Assembly: GCF_000175255.2 (NCBI RefSeq)
Contig: NC_017262.1
Span: 720,001 to 752,000, forward strand
Source of the DNA: Zymomonas mobilis subsp. mobilis ATCC 10988
GTDB lineage: Bacteria > Pseudomonadota > Alphaproteobacteria > Sphingomonadales > Sphingomonadaceae
Direction: 5' to 3'
Length of the DNA stretch: 32,000 bases
Of the stretch, positions 1-10,695 are shown piece by piece; position 1 is the first letter of the stretch, and the number at the start of each line of letters is the position of its first letter. The position numbers and the translations under genes were made by a program. The notes under the pieces were generated by a model, which ran no database searches, was not told where the DNA came from, and saw nothing but the letters and a program-made list of their open reading frames with translations.

Positions 1-146
1 AGACGGGTGAAGCAAGTCAACTCAAAGCACAGAGAATGAAAAACCAAACTTCTCTATTATTCCCATCGCAAAAAGAGACCAGTTCAGCAGAATAACGCCT
101 ATTTACAGGTAAAAAGCCCTTCCAAAGCATTTTTTACCGAGTCTTT

Positions 147-545
147 TTAACCGCAGGTTGAAGGTAATGCGATCGGGCCATTTTTTTTCTGCCACTTCCC
201 ATCGGTCAAAGCATAAAATTGACCATCTTGGACGCGACTGGCCAATGTTTTACATCCGACAGCGACAGCCCATTCTTCGACAGTAACCCCACGTTTAGCG
301 GCTTCTGCGGTATAGGCAGCACGTCTTCTAATATTCAAAGCATCAACAGCTGTTTTGACCGGCGGCGGTGGTGTTTGGGCAAAGCCCATATAGCCATCAA
401 TCTTTTCACCAATCACGCCGTTAGCTATGGCTGATTGTAAAATATCATCACCGCCTTGAGCAAAAGAAGGCACGGCTAAGGATAGCCCCATAACAAGAGC
501 CGCACGGACAATAGCTTTGGGCCATTTCATTTTTACGTTGGTCAT
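147..545 (-). CDS. ydbL: YdbL family (DUF1318) periplasmic protein
   Basis: 132-aa ORF with signal peptide; C-terminal part (NIRRRAAYTAEAAKRGVTVEEWAVAVGCKTL) resembles YdbL; sits in ydbH-ynbE-ydbL gene order. Confidence 0.8.
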   Translation of the reverse strand: MTNVKMKWPKAIVRAALVMGLSLAVPSFAQGGDDILQSAIANGVIGEKIDGYMGFAQTPPPPVKTAVDALNIRRRAAYTAEAAKRGVTVEEWAVAVGCKTLASRVQDGQFYALTDGKWQKKNGPIALPSTCG

Positions 546-742
546 TGTGGGAATAACTCCGGATTATTTTGAATAAAGTCGCCAGCATCTTTTTGAAGAT
601 GAACGACAACCTCCTGCCGGACATTGACATTAAGATTTATCTCAATCGGTTTGTCAGGTGCCTTAACCGAGATACAGCCCCCTACCATCAGCAAGCTGGC
701 GAAAAGAAGGCTCTTCTCTATTACTCCGGTCTTCTGCCTCAT
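542..742 (-). CDS. ynbE: YnbE-like small lipoprotein
   Basis: 66-aa ORF with lipobox-like LMVGGC and a PIEINLNVNVRQEVVVHLQKD segment typical of YnbE; overlaps ydbL by 4 nt. Confidence 0.8.
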   Translation of the reverse strand: MRQKTGVIEKSLLFASLLMVGGCISVKAPDKPIEINLNVNVRQEVVVHLQKDAGDFIQNNPELFPQ

Positions 743-796
743 ATATAATCCTAATAGATGGTTACTAATATAGACTCTTTTTCTTCATTTTTAAGG

Positions 797-3700
797 TTAG
801 AAGGCGCCTTCAGTAGCCAGCTCTGACTGATTAAGAACTGAACGAGGATTGTTATAAGAGCGCATCGCGTTCAGTAATCCACGGAAAGGTGCCTTTACTT
901 GGACATTGAAATGGAAAGGTACTTTTTCAATCTCACGCGCCAAATAAGAACGATCGGCTTTCGTCTCGACTTCTCGAACACCGCCAAATTGAATGGAACT
1001 AACAAAATCGCCGTCAAGGCTACCATTCAAAAGAACATCTAAGCGTTGATAGCGGACCCCCTTCAAAACATCAAAAGCCACCTTACCTAACATTCCCTGA
1101 TGAGCATTAGAGACTGGGCCAACATAACTCACAACCCCACCAGGTTTACGGCTGGCCAGACGGCCGCCTTCGATTTTGCCACTATTGGCGCTAAATTCGA
1201 TCGGTAAAATTCCATCGAAACGACCACTAACAAATATATTTTTTAACTGGAGATTCTCGACCAACGGGGCACTATCCATATCCGATACATGGAAAACAAC
1301 TTTATGGGAGCCTGTATGCCCAAAATCGAGGACAGAACCATCCAATGTCAAATGACCATCAAAGAAAGGCCAATCGCCTTTTTCAACAACGACCACCCTA
1401 TTGGGTAAAAGCTGATACCGTATCTGTCCGCTTTTGATAGCTAAACCAGCATTGATCTCATCGACGGTTGCCAGCTGATTGGGGGGCGTTTTCAAATTCA
1501 AAAGATCAGAAAAAGCGACCTTCCCTTTAAAGCCTGAAACCGTGCCAAAGGCCGCCGCGAAATCGAGACCGTTAGTAACAAACTGTCCCGTGCTAACAAC
1601 GTTCTTTCTCTTCCAGTCAATTCTACCTTGGCCAGATAAACTTCCCTTCACATCCGCAAAAATACCCAAGGTTAAAGGCGTAATTTGTTCTGGTTGCAGG
1701 CTTTTATTAAACGACACATTATTGACGTGGAATAAAACATGACCACGGCTATCACCAAAATGATGCTCAATCCTTGTATCTAAAAGATGGATAGTCCGGA
1801 TGTCCAAAGGACGGTCTATACCCGCTGTAATATGGACACGATCTTTATTGATTTGCATCAACAAGTCTTGCGACCGTACCGGTAAAAAACGAGGCGAGGC
1901 TTGATCTGCATCGGCAATATCTACAGCACCATGCAAAACAATATCGGTATTATCGGTTGCCTTCTCGCCGCCCTTATTCTGCCATTCCCAATGAGCAGCA
2001 CCATTACTAAACAAAAAAGGTGCGAGACTGAAACGTCCTGACATACCAGTCAGGTCACCTTCACCATCCATTCCATCAAGATTAGCGGTTAAGTGGTCAA
2101 TTGACAGCTGGGTATCAGGGTCTCCATCATCCCCCTTTTGATTAAATTGTAATCCACTTAATTCCGCATAATGGCGGGCAAGGAAAAAAGAAGACGTCTT
2201 CACATGAAGATTGAAAGGCTGGTTGTTAATTACCCCTGCAATCGTTGGATTATCAAGACGTGCACCGCCCTCTGTTAAATGACCATTATCGACTCTTAAG
2301 AATGACTTTTCGATAGGACAAAGCGGCAAAACGATTTTTTGAGCGGTTACACCTGACATAACCAATTTTTCAGCCCGCAGGTTAAAACAACTGCGGTTAA
2401 TGGCAATTTTGTCTTTCTCTCCTTCAATATCGACAGGGAAAATTAAAGATTTGACCTGCCCATCCGCTCCGATAGGCCCCGATATATCAGCTTGAGTTTT
2501 CAATAAGAAATGCTGTTTTTCATATAAAAAGCTGACGGGCGCTAAAGCAATCGAAGCCGTATTGTTACGATAAGGCTCAATCTTAGCCTCTCCTTTAACA
2601 CCATAATCCCCTAACTGTGCCAGATGGATTTCAACGTTTGGGAATCCGTCTCCTTTTAAAGAAAAATCACCCCCAAAATGCCATGTTTTCTGCTGTTTTT
2701 CTTGCCACTGAGCGAGGCCAGAAAATTGTATTTTTTGCCCAGATACACCAGTCAAAACTGCTTTTCTTAAGGTCGCAGTCAAATGGCCTTGTTTATTATC
2801 AACAGCGATTTCGGTATCTGCAGAGATATTTCCTGCCAGCGTGGTTAAATTTTGCCGCAACTGTTGGACTAAAGACGATATAGGTGTGTCATCAGGCACA
2901 GTCAGGCTAGAAAAATCTGTTTTCAGCCGTGCATTTGCCAAAGAAAATCGCATATTTGCCGAAAGAGGATCGCCTTTTTTAGGCTCAGAAAAATAGCTAA
3001 ACGGCAAATCGAAAGAGCTGGCAACATGCCAATTTCCGCCAGAAATAAAATCTATCTGCTCTTTACCAGAAAAGTCCATCTGTCCTTTTGCTGTTTGGAA
3101 ATCACCTTTTGCGGTAACTTTCCCATTTACACCCGATAATTGCCACGGCGCATTTCCTGAAGAAGCTATCTCTGGCGTTGATATAGAGGCTTCCCCCTGC
3201 CAGCTATCCAAAGCTTTATTTAAAGAAGCATCAACCGAACCTTTCAGCTTTTCCAGCTTCATCTCGCCATTCTGACAGCGAATCGCTTCAGCCGAAGCCG
3301 GTCCTTGAAAATAAGGTCTCCCATGCGAGACCGATGTTTTCAGAAAGAAATGACCATTCTCTACTTGGCAAGTGTCAGATGCAAAATGAGGAATAGATAC
3401 AGCCAGATTCCCTTGGAACCCATTAGCAAGATTACCACTACCATCAGCAGCCATACCAATAACGCCATATTCGGTTTTTAATTTCAGGCGAGCATCTTTC
3501 AGATCAACATCCAAAGCGGGTAGCCCAGAAGCATTACCACTTGTTGCCATATAACTTTTCAAAGAATCGAGATTACCGAAATCAAAACCTTTTTCATCCA
3601 AGCGTCCATAAATCCGGAGCTTATCAAATTGGACAGAGGAAATGGCAAAACCATGCCATAAAGGCTTGAGATGGATAACGACATGATCCGCCGTAAGATC

Positions 3701-3937
3701 AGGGTGTTCAGGATCACCAATCACAAGACGATCAAGCTGCTGAAGGGTTGGATCAAGACGAGTCAGGCGATAACGTGCCTTGATATGAAGCTGATTTACT
3801 TCACGAGTAATCAACCAGCGCCCAAATATCATACGCTGTGACCAGAGGATAAGAAGAATAGCCACAAAAAGGATGATGGCAAACAGCCAGAAATGCTTTT
3901 TTGTGAGCCGAAACTGGTTCTGCGTTTTATCCGTCAT
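797..3937 (-). CDS. ydbH: YdbH-like AsmA/TAM-type intermembrane transport protein
   Basis: 1046-aa ORF, one N-terminal TM segment, long beta-rich body, C-terminal IQFGGVREVETKADRSYLAREIEKVPFHFNVQVKAPF; followed by ynbE and ydbL. Confidence 0.8.
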   Translation of the reverse strand: MTDKTQNQFRLTKKHFWLFAIILFVAILLILWSQRMIFGRWLITREVNQLHIKARYRLTRLDPTLQQLDRLVIGDPEHPDLTADHVVIHLKPLWHGFAISSVQFDKLRIYGRLDEKGFDFGNLDSLKSYMATSGNASGLPALDVDLKDARLKLKTEYGVIGMAADGSGNLANGFQGNLAVSIPHFASDTCQVENGHFFLKTSVSHGRPYFQGPASAEAIRCQNGEMKLEKLKGSVDASLNKALDSWQGEASISTPEIASSGNAPWQLSGVNGKVTAKGDFQTAKGQMDFSGKEQIDFISGGNWHVASSFDLPFSYFSEPKKGDPLSANMRFSLANARLKTDFSSLTVPDDTPISSLVQQLRQNLTTLAGNISADTEIAVDNKQGHLTATLRKAVLTGVSGQKIQFSGLAQWQEKQQKTWHFGGDFSLKGDGFPNVEIHLAQLGDYGVKGEAKIEPYRNNTASIALAPVSFLYEKQHFLLKTQADISGPIGADGQVKSLIFPVDIEGEKDKIAINRSCFNLRAEKLVMSGVTAQKIVLPLCPIEKSFLRVDNGHLTEGGARLDNPTIAGVINNQPFNLHVKTSSFFLARHYAELSGLQFNQKGDDGDPDTQLSIDHLTANLDGMDGEGDLTGMSGRFSLAPFLFSNGAAHWEWQNKGGEKATDNTDIVLHGAVDIADADQASPRFLPVRSQDLLMQINKDRVHITAGIDRPLDIRTIHLLDTRIEHHFGDSRGHVLFHVNNVSFNKSLQPEQITPLTLGIFADVKGSLSGQGRIDWKRKNVVSTGQFVTNGLDFAAAFGTVSGFKGKVAFSDLLNLKTPPNQLATVDEINAGLAIKSGQIRYQLLPNRVVVVEKGDWPFFDGHLTLDGSVLDFGHTGSHKVVFHVSDMDSAPLVENLQLKNIFVSGRFDGILPIEFSANSGKIEGGRLASRKPGGVVSYVGPVSNAHQGMLGKVAFDVLKGVRYQRLDVLLNGSLDGDFVSSIQFGGVREVETKADRSYLAREIEKVPFHFNVQVKAPFRGLLNAMRSYNNPRSVLNQSELATEGAF

Positions 3938-4085
3938 CCCTGTTTTTCTTTATTAAAATTGGGTCAATATTTGTAAAATGAAAGTCGCGATTTCGATGCC
4001 ATACAAGAATGCTTTAGAAAAAGCCGCTATCTTTATGTATTGAAAGTTAAACAGTATTACATCCGGCATCAATCCTTTATATCCA

Positions 4086-4775
4086 TTGAGAATGGATAGA
4101 AAAGATATTGGCTATCAAGGTCATCGCGGCCGATTAAGAGATCGCCTGCTCACAGGTGGAGCTGATGCTTTATTGGATCACGAGGTCATAGAGTATCTTT
4201 TAGCGCTAGCTATTCCCAGAAAAGATACAAAACCCTTGGCACGCGCTTTATTAGCAGAATTTGGCGATATAGAAACTTTGCTAACAGCCGACCCCGGTAT
4301 GATTGCCCGTGTCAAAGGCGCAGGACCAACCGTCGTTTCAGCCTTGAAAATTGCTCAAGTCGCAGCATTAAGACTCCTCAAAACCAAAATCAAAAAAGCG
4401 CCCATTTTATCCGGATGGCAAGCACTGATTGACTATCTTCACGCAGATATGGCTTTTCGATTAACCGAGCGCTGCCGGCTACTGCATCTGGACAATCATA
4501 ATCGCCTTATCCGAGACGAAATTCTAAGCGAAGGCTCGGTTGATCAAGCGCCTGTTTATGTGCGTGAAGTTATCCGAAGGGCGATTGAACTCTGTTCGGT
4601 CGGCCTCATTCTGGTCCACAATCATCCCAGTGGGGATGCAAGCCCCAGTGAAGCCGACATTCAATTAACCCGCTCGATCGTCGCCGCGGCACGCCCCTTA
4701 AAAATCTATCTTCATGACCATGTCATTATCAGCAGCAGCGGTGCTTGCAGTCTAAGAGGACTTGGCCTTTTGTAA
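4086..4775 (+). CDS. radC: RadC family (JAB/MPN domain) protein
   Basis: 229-aa ORF with JAB metalloprotease-like motif HNHPSGDASPSEADIQLT and N-terminal helix-hairpin-helix-like region. Confidence 0.92.
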   Translation: MRMDRKDIGYQGHRGRLRDRLLTGGADALLDHEVIEYLLALAIPRKDTKPLARALLAEFGDIETLLTADPGMIARVKGAGPTVVSALKIAQVAALRLLKTKIKKAPILSGWQALIDYLHADMAFRLTERCRLLHLDNHNRLIRDEILSEGSVDQAPVYVREVIRRAIELCSVGLILVHNHPSGDASPSEADIQLTRSIVAAARPLKIYLHDHVIISSSGACSLRGLGLL

Positions 4776-4914
4776 TCATAAAGCGCCAAACTCTCGTCAG
4801 AAATAGTCGATTGATATTTTTAAAGATTGATAGCCCCTATCGGCTTTGTTAGGTCAAAATGCCATAACCCCCCGCCGGAAAAGACCGGACTATATTGTTT
4901 GAGGAGTCCTAATT

Positions 4915-6210
4915 ATGATCCCCCGTTATTCCCGACCAGAAATGGTAAAAATCTGGGAACCGGAAAGCCGTTTCCGTATTTGGCTCGAAATCGAAGCACA
5001 TGCTACCGATGCATTATCGGAATTAGGCGTTGTTCCAAAAGAAGCCGCAAAAGCTATCTGGGAAAAAGGCAGCTTTGAAGTCGAACGCATCGACGAAATC
5101 GAAGCCGAAGTTCGCCATGACGTGATTGCCTTTCTGACAAATGTGGCCGAACATGTCGGCGATCCCGCTCGCTTCATGCATCAAGGCATGACCTCTTCCG
5201 ATGTTCTCGATACCTGTCTTTCTGTGCAATTAAGCCGCGCCGCGCTTATTCTTTTAGACGATATTGATAAACTTCTGGCTGTTCTGAAGCGCCGTGCCTT
5301 CGAATATAAAATGACGCCAACAATTGGTCGTAGTCATGGTATCCATGCGGAACCGACCACCTTTGGTTTAAAAATGGCGGAAGCCTATGCCGAATTCAAA
5401 CGGAATCGTGACCGTTTAGAAGCCGCACGCAAGGATATCGCCACTTGTGCTATTTCAGGTGCCGTTGGTACTTTTGCCAATATCGATCCTCGCGTTGAAG
5501 CCCATGTCGCAAAAGAAATGGGCTTGAATGTTGAGCCTGTCTCCACGCAGGTTATTCCACGTGATCGCCATGCAATGTTCTTTGCTACTTTGGGCGTTAT
5601 CGCCTCTTCAATTGAAAGAATAGCTATCGAAGTCCGCCATCTGCAACGGACAGAAGTTCTGGAAGCTGAAGAATATTTTGCCCCAGGGCAAAAAGGTTCT
5701 TCCGCCATGCCGCATAAACGGAATCCGGTATTGACCGAAAATTTAACCGGTCTTTCTCGTCTGGTTCGTGGCTATGTCACTCCAGCCTTAGAAGATGTTG
5801 CCTTGTGGCATGAACGCGATATCTCGCATTCATCGGTTGAGCGTATGATTGGCCCCGATGCTACTGTTACATTGGACTTTGCTTTGGCACGCTTAACCAA
5901 TGTTATGGATAAATTATTGGTTTATCCTGAACGGATGCAGCGAAATCTCGATCGGATGGGCGGACTCATTCATTCACAGCGTGTTTTGCTAGCCCTTACC
6001 CAAGCCGGCATTAGCCGCGAAGTAGCATATCGTCTGGTTCAGCGTAACGCTATGAAAGTCTGGGAATCGGATGGCACTATCTCATTGCTTGAACTGCTGA
6101 AGGCAGATCCAGAGGTTACGTTAAGCGATGAAAAGCTAGAAGCTCTGTTTGATCTTGGTTACCACCTCAAACATGTCGACACCATTTTTGAGCGGGTTTT
6201 TAAAGACTAA
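4915..6210 (+). CDS. purB: Adenylosuccinate lyase
   Basis: 431-aa ORF with signature GSSAMPHKRNP and VGRSHG-like TIGRSHGIHAEPTTFG. Confidence 0.97.
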   Translation: MIPRYSRPEMVKIWEPESRFRIWLEIEAHATDALSELGVVPKEAAKAIWEKGSFEVERIDEIEAEVRHDVIAFLTNVAEHVGDPARFMHQGMTSSDVLDTCLSVQLSRAALILLDDIDKLLAVLKRRAFEYKMTPTIGRSHGIHAEPTTFGLKMAEAYAEFKRNRDRLEAARKDIATCAISGAVGTFANIDPRVEAHVAKEMGLNVEPVSTQVIPRDRHAMFFATLGVIASSIERIAIEVRHLQRTEVLEAEEYFAPGQKGSSAMPHKRNPVLTENLTGLSRLVRGYVTPALEDVALWHERDISHSSVERMIGPDATVTLDFALARLTNVMDKLLVYPERMQRNLDRMGGLIHSQRVLLALTQAGISREVAYRLVQRNAMKVWESDGTISLLELLKADPEVTLSDEKLEALFDLGYHLKHVDTIFERVFKD

Positions 6211-6228
6211 AACTGGCTAGATACCAAG

Positions 6229-6261
6229 AAAAAAGGCTGTCTAAAAGACAGCCTTTTTTTT
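6229..6261. terminator. Intrinsic terminator, likely bidirectional, between convergent purB and dnaJ
   Basis: AAAAAAGGCTGTC-TAAAA-GACAGCCTTTTTTTTT: perfect stem with A and T tracts on both sides. Confidence 0.93.
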
Positions 6262-6320
6262 GTTCTTGCCGGAAATAGCTTTCTAAGAAAGCTTTCCAAA
6301 AGACGATATTTCTTAAGGCA

Positions 6321-7448
6321 TTATTCGCCTGTTAAAATTGTTTTCAACTTGGAAAAGAAGCCGGATGATTTCGGGCATTCTTCTCCGGTTTCAGTCTCAC
6401 GGAATTGTTCTAATAATTCGCGTTGCTTTGCCGTCAGACGGGTCGGCGTTTCGACGTCGATCTGAATAATCAAATCACCACGGCCACGGCCATTTAAGAC
6501 TGGCATACCTGCACCGCGCCGTTTCAGTTGTTTACCAGACTGAATACCCGCAGGGATAGAAATCTCATATTGCTCGCCATCGAGGCTTGGAACATGAATG
6601 CTTCCACCCAAGGCCGCCTTGGTAAAAGAAATCGGCACATGGGCAAACAGGTTGTAACTTTCGCGTTGGAAAACCTGATGCGGCGTTACGTGAATGAAAA
6701 TGTACAGATCGCCCGCTGGGCCGCCATGTACACCAGCCTCGCCTTCACCCGATAAGCGGATGCGCGTGCCATCATCAACACCTGCCGGAATATTGACGGA
6801 AAGGGTCTTATGCTTTTCACAGCGCCCTTCCCCATGACATTCGGGGCATGGATCACTGATAACTTCGCCTTTGCCCTGACAAACCGGACAGCTCTGCTCA
6901 ACAACAAAGAAACCTTGCTGCACTCGAATCCGGCCTGAGCCATGACAAGTGTCGCAGGTTTTACGTCCAGAACCTGCCTTAGCACCAGATCCATGACAAG
7001 CATCACAGACAGAGGCAACATCAATTTCGATATCGACTGTCTTGCCCTTAAAGGCTTCTTCTAAACTGATCTTAAGGTCATAGCGCAGATCGGCACCGCG
7101 CTGAACAGAAGAGCGCGCCTGACCGCGGCCTCCCATAAACTCGCCAAAAACGGATTCAAAGATATCGGAAAAACCGCCGAAATCTTGAGCACCGCCGCCA
7201 AAGCCACCAAAACCGCCACCGCCTTGAAAGGCATCTTTGCCATAACGGTCATAGGCCGCTCTTTTTTGGGGATCTTTCAAGCAATCATAGGCTTCGGAAA
7301 TCGCCTTAAAGCGTTCTTCTGCGTCACTATCACCCGGATTTCTATCGGGATGATAGCGCATCGCCAAACGACGATAAGAGGTTTTAATGGTTTTATCGTC
7401 GGCAGTGCGCTCGACTTCTAACAAACTATAATAATCTAACTCAGACAC
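6321..7448 (-). CDS. dnaJ: Chaperone protein DnaJ
   Basis: J domain with HPD (YHPDRNPGD), G/F region and four CxxCxGxG-type zinc motifs. Confidence 0.98.
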   Translation of the reverse strand: MSELDYYSLLEVERTADDKTIKTSYRRLAMRYHPDRNPGDSDAEERFKAISEAYDCLKDPQKRAAYDRYGKDAFQGGGGFGGFGGGAQDFGGFSDIFESVFGEFMGGRGQARSSVQRGADLRYDLKISLEEAFKGKTVDIEIDVASVCDACHGSGAKAGSGRKTCDTCHGSGRIRVQQGFFVVEQSCPVCQGKGEVISDPCPECHGEGRCEKHKTLSVNIPAGVDDGTRIRLSGEGEAGVHGGPAGDLYIFIHVTPHQVFQRESYNLFAHVPISFTKAALGGSIHVPSLDGEQYEISIPAGIQSGKQLKRRGAGMPVLNGRGRGDLIIQIDVETPTRLTAKQRELLEQFRETETGEECPKSSGFFSKLKTILTGE

Positions 7449-7567
7449 AAGGCTCCCCCACTTTCACAACCTTACCACCACCGATCACAGCTTACGCTTC
7501 AAAACCGATGGTGGTATTGTCGTGACAAGCCCTTATTTAGGCTGATCTTCGGGTCGCAATAACCAGA

Positions 7568-9475
7568 TTATTTCTTATCTTGGTCATCTATTTCCTGAAA
7601 TTCGGCATCAACAACATTGTCACCTTCGGCTTTTTCCGTTTCAGGTGTATCATGCCGTTCATTATTTGCCTGATCCTGCTCATAAAGAGCCTGACCTAAT
7701 TTCATAGCAACCTGGCCTAAAGCCTGGGTTTTTTCGTTAATCTGGGCAACGTCTTCGCCTTCCAAAGCCGTCTTTACTGCAGCAACAGCAGCTTCGACTT
7801 CGGTTTTCAGAGCGGCATCAACCTTGTCACCCAATTCCGTTAACTGGCGTTCGGTCGTATGAACGAGGCTGTCACCATTATTTTTGGCTTCTGCCAGTTC
7901 ACGACGATGCTTGTCATCTGCAGCAAATTTTTCTGCATCTTTGACCATCTTATCGATGTCGCCTTCAGATAAGCCACCCGATGCCTGAATACGGATCTGC
8001 TGTTCTTTACCGGTGCCTTTGTCCTTAGCAGACACATTAACGATACCGTTAGCGTCAATATCGAAGGTTACTTCGATCTGCGGAACACCACGCGGCGCAG
8101 GCGGAATACCAACAAGGTCAAACTGACCTAACAGCTTGTTGTCGGCTGCCATTTCACGTTCGCCTTGGAAAACGCGAATAGTCACAGCATTCTGGTTATC
8201 TTCAGCCGTTGAATAGACCTGCGACTTCTTCGTTGGAATCGTCGTGTTACGGTCAATCATACGGGTGAACACACCACCCAAGGTTTCAATACCAAGGGAG
8301 AGCGGCGTCACGTCAAGCAACAGAACGTCTTTAACATCGCCCTGAAGCACGCCTGCCTGAATGGCCGCACCCATGGCAACGACTTCATCCGGGTTCACGC
8401 CGGTATGCGGCTCTTTGCCAAAGAATTCTTTAACAACCTGACGAACCTTCGGCATACGGGTCATACCACCGACCATGACGACATCGTCAATGTCAGAGGC
8501 TTTAACACCTGCATCAGCCAAAGCTTTTTTCACGGGTTCCAAAGTGCGATCAATCAGATCAGCAACCAAGCGTTCCAGTTCGGCGCGAGAAATGGTTTTG
8601 ACCAAATGCTTCGGGCCCGTGGCATCTGCGGTAATAAAGGGCAGATTGACTTCGGTCGTCTGAGCAGAAGACAATTCGATCTTGGCTTTTTCAGCAGCTT
8701 CTTTCAAACGCTGAAGAGCCAGGCGATCTTTAGTCAGATCAATGCCTTCGGCTTTTTTGAATTCTTCAGCAAGATAGCTAACGATTTTGGTGTCGAAATC
8801 TTCACCACCGAGGAAGGTGTCACCATTGGTGGCCTTCACTTCAAAAACGCCATCGCCGATTTCCAGAATGGAGATATCAAAGGTACCACCACCCAAGTCA
8901 TAAACAGCAATCGTCTTACCATCATTCTTGTCGAGACCATAAGCCAAAGCAGCGGCTGTCGGTTCGTTGATGATACGGAGTACTTCAAGACCAGCGATCT
9001 TACCGGCATCTTTGGTTGCCTGACGCTGAGCATCGTTGAAGTAAGCCGGAACCGTAATAACCGCCTGATCAACGGTTTCACCGAGATAAGATTCTGCGGT
9101 TTCTTTCATTTTCTGAAGGATGAAAGCCGAAATCTGGGAAGGTGAATAATCCTGACCACCCGCTTTAACCCAAGCATCACCATTGCTACCGCGAACAATA
9201 TGATAAGGGACTAATTCGGTATCACGCTTGGTTACCGGATCATCAAAACGGCGACCGATCAAACGTTTAACAGCGAAAATCGTGTTTTCAGAATTAGTAA
9301 CAGCCTGACGTTTTGCGGGCTGACCGATCAAACGCTCACTGTCTTTGGTGAAAGCAACAATAGACGGCGTCGTGCGGGCACCTTCTGCGTTTTCAATAAC
9401 CTTAGGCTGACCACCTTCCATAACAGCAACGCAGCTGTTGGTCGTACCTAAGTCAATACCTATAACTTTACCCAT
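7568..9475 (-). CDS. dnaK: Chaperone protein DnaK (Hsp70)
   Basis: 635-aa ORF starting [22 protein letters not shown]; full Hsp70 signatures. Confidence 0.99.
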   Translation of the reverse strand: MGKVIGIDLGTTNSCVAVMEGGQPKVIENAEGARTTPSIVAFTKDSERLIGQPAKRQAVTNSENTIFAVKRLIGRRFDDPVTKRDTELVPYHIVRGSNGDAWVKAGGQDYSPSQISAFILQKMKETAESYLGETVDQAVITVPAYFNDAQRQATKDAGKIAGLEVLRIINEPTAAALAYGLDKNDGKTIAVYDLGGGTFDISILEIGDGVFEVKATNGDTFLGGEDFDTKIVSYLAEEFKKAEGIDLTKDRLALQRLKEAAEKAKIELSSAQTTEVNLPFITADATGPKHLVKTISRAELERLVADLIDRTLEPVKKALADAGVKASDIDDVVMVGGMTRMPKVRQVVKEFFGKEPHTGVNPDEVVAMGAAIQAGVLQGDVKDVLLLDVTPLSLGIETLGGVFTRMIDRNTTIPTKKSQVYSTAEDNQNAVTIRVFQGEREMAADNKLLGQFDLVGIPPAPRGVPQIEVTFDIDANGIVNVSAKDKGTGKEQQIRIQASGGLSEGDIDKMVKDAEKFAADDKHRRELAEAKNNGDSLVHTTERQLTELGDKVDAALKTEVEAAVAAVKTALEGEDVAQINEKTQALGQVAMKLGQALYEQDQANNERHDTPETEKAEGDNVVDAEFQEIDDQDKK

Positions 9476-9558
9476 GTCCTACCTTCCTTCCCCAGGAATG
9501 ACAAAATTTACTCTTCTAAAAATAAAAGCTTGCCCTTGGAACAAGTCTACATTGGGCG

Positions 9559-9586
9559 ATATAAGAACGCTTTTTACAAGCGCAAG
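9559..9586 (-). promoter_or_regulatory. Candidate sigma32 (RpoH) promoter for dnaK
   Basis: Minus strand reads CTTG-N17-CTTATAT, matching the alphaproteobacterial heat-shock consensus (CTTG-N17/18-CYTATNT), about 80 nt upstream of the dnaK start. Confidence 0.6.
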
Positions 9587-9706
9587 CCACTCACCCAAGA
9601 CAGCTTCTTATTATTTTGATTTTTAAGGCTATTTTATCGCCTCAAGCAGCGTATATTGGTTTTTCAGATCCTAATATTCAATAAAAATAATCGAATTCTA
9701 TTCTAG

Positions 9707-10420
9707 TCAGCTATGTTTCCAGTCGAGACAAGGCCAACCTTCTCTTTTGGCCAAGATTTCAAGACGGCGGCAAGGATTGATCGCAAAGGGTAAATCCACC
9801 CAACGGAATACCGGCGCATCGGAAACATGGTCGCTATAAAAACGGATATGGCAATCGGTGAGTTTTAAATCGACCGATGTCATCCATGCCAAAATCATTC
9901 GCAATTTTGCAGGGCCATAATTATTTTCTCCCTCAATACGGGCAATCAAATGACCATCATGACGAATACTGCTATTGGTCGCAATAACATCATCAAAACC
10001 CAATTTTCTGGCAATCAAACCCGCATAAAGGCGATAAGATGCCGTGGCCATAACCAACCGTCTTCCAGCTTGGTGATCGGCTTTTATAGCCGCAACAGCT
10101 CCGGGACGGATATTATCACGGATCGTTTTCTCAGCGAAACTCTCGGCCAAAGGCATGATATCATTGGGATCAACATGTATCCCTAAAAGCAAAGCATGGG
10201 ATATCTCTTTCAAACGCCCCCGTGAAATCAGACGCATGATATAGGAAAGCATTGCCAAGGCGACCAAGGGAAGAAAGAGCAAACGCCACCTTTGCCGACG
10301 ACAAGCCACATAAATTAAAAAGGGTGTCCATGTCGGCCGATAAGTAATCGTGCGATCCATATCATAAATAGCAAGTTCTATCGTCATAGCTCCCTTGGGG
10401 TAGGTAATGGGGTATCTCAA
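9707..10420 (-). CDS. HAD-IB family hydrolase/phosphatase
   Basis: Motif I DMDRT near the N-terminus, motif II-like ATASYRLYAG, later FYSDHVSDAP; the true start may be the internal MTIELAIYDMDRT. Confidence 0.8.
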   Translation of the reverse strand: MRYPITYPKGAMTIELAIYDMDRTITYRPTWTPFLIYVACRRQRWRLLFLPLVALAMLSYIMRLISRGRLKEISHALLLGIHVDPNDIMPLAESFAEKTIRDNIRPGAVAAIKADHQAGRRLVMATASYRLYAGLIARKLGFDDVIATNSSIRHDGHLIARIEGENNYGPAKLRMILAWMTSVDLKLTDCHIRFYSDHVSDAPVFRWVDLPFAINPCRRLEILAKREGWPCLDWKHS

Positions 10421-10695
10421 ACTAAAACAAGATAATTACATAAAAATATACGATCTATTTTTTACAAATACCTTACCCTAACTGAGAATATCCGGCCTTA
10501 GATGGTATATCCGATTTAGGTTTCAAAATTTTTTCATTTTCTACGAAAAAACATTCTGTCTTCGCCGCAGTATCGTAGAACAGCATTTGCCATTTTTATC
10601 AGGAATGATCTAGATCTATATCTCTAGAAATTCCTGTTTCTGTCGATAAATCGCCGTTTTTTTATTTATCGGCCTTCATTCACAAATAAAAAGGA

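Noticed and set aside
1479-1742. Small plus-strand ORFs inside ydbH (also 2617-2883)
   Set aside because: Antisense to a convincing long CDS; no domain, no ribosome-binding site evidence.
8405-9145. 246-aa plus-strand ORF antisense to dnaK
   Set aside because: Shadow of the dnaK coding sequence; low-complexity Phe/Gln-rich translation ([12 protein letters not shown]...), no recognisable domain, and codon structure is explained by the opposite strand.
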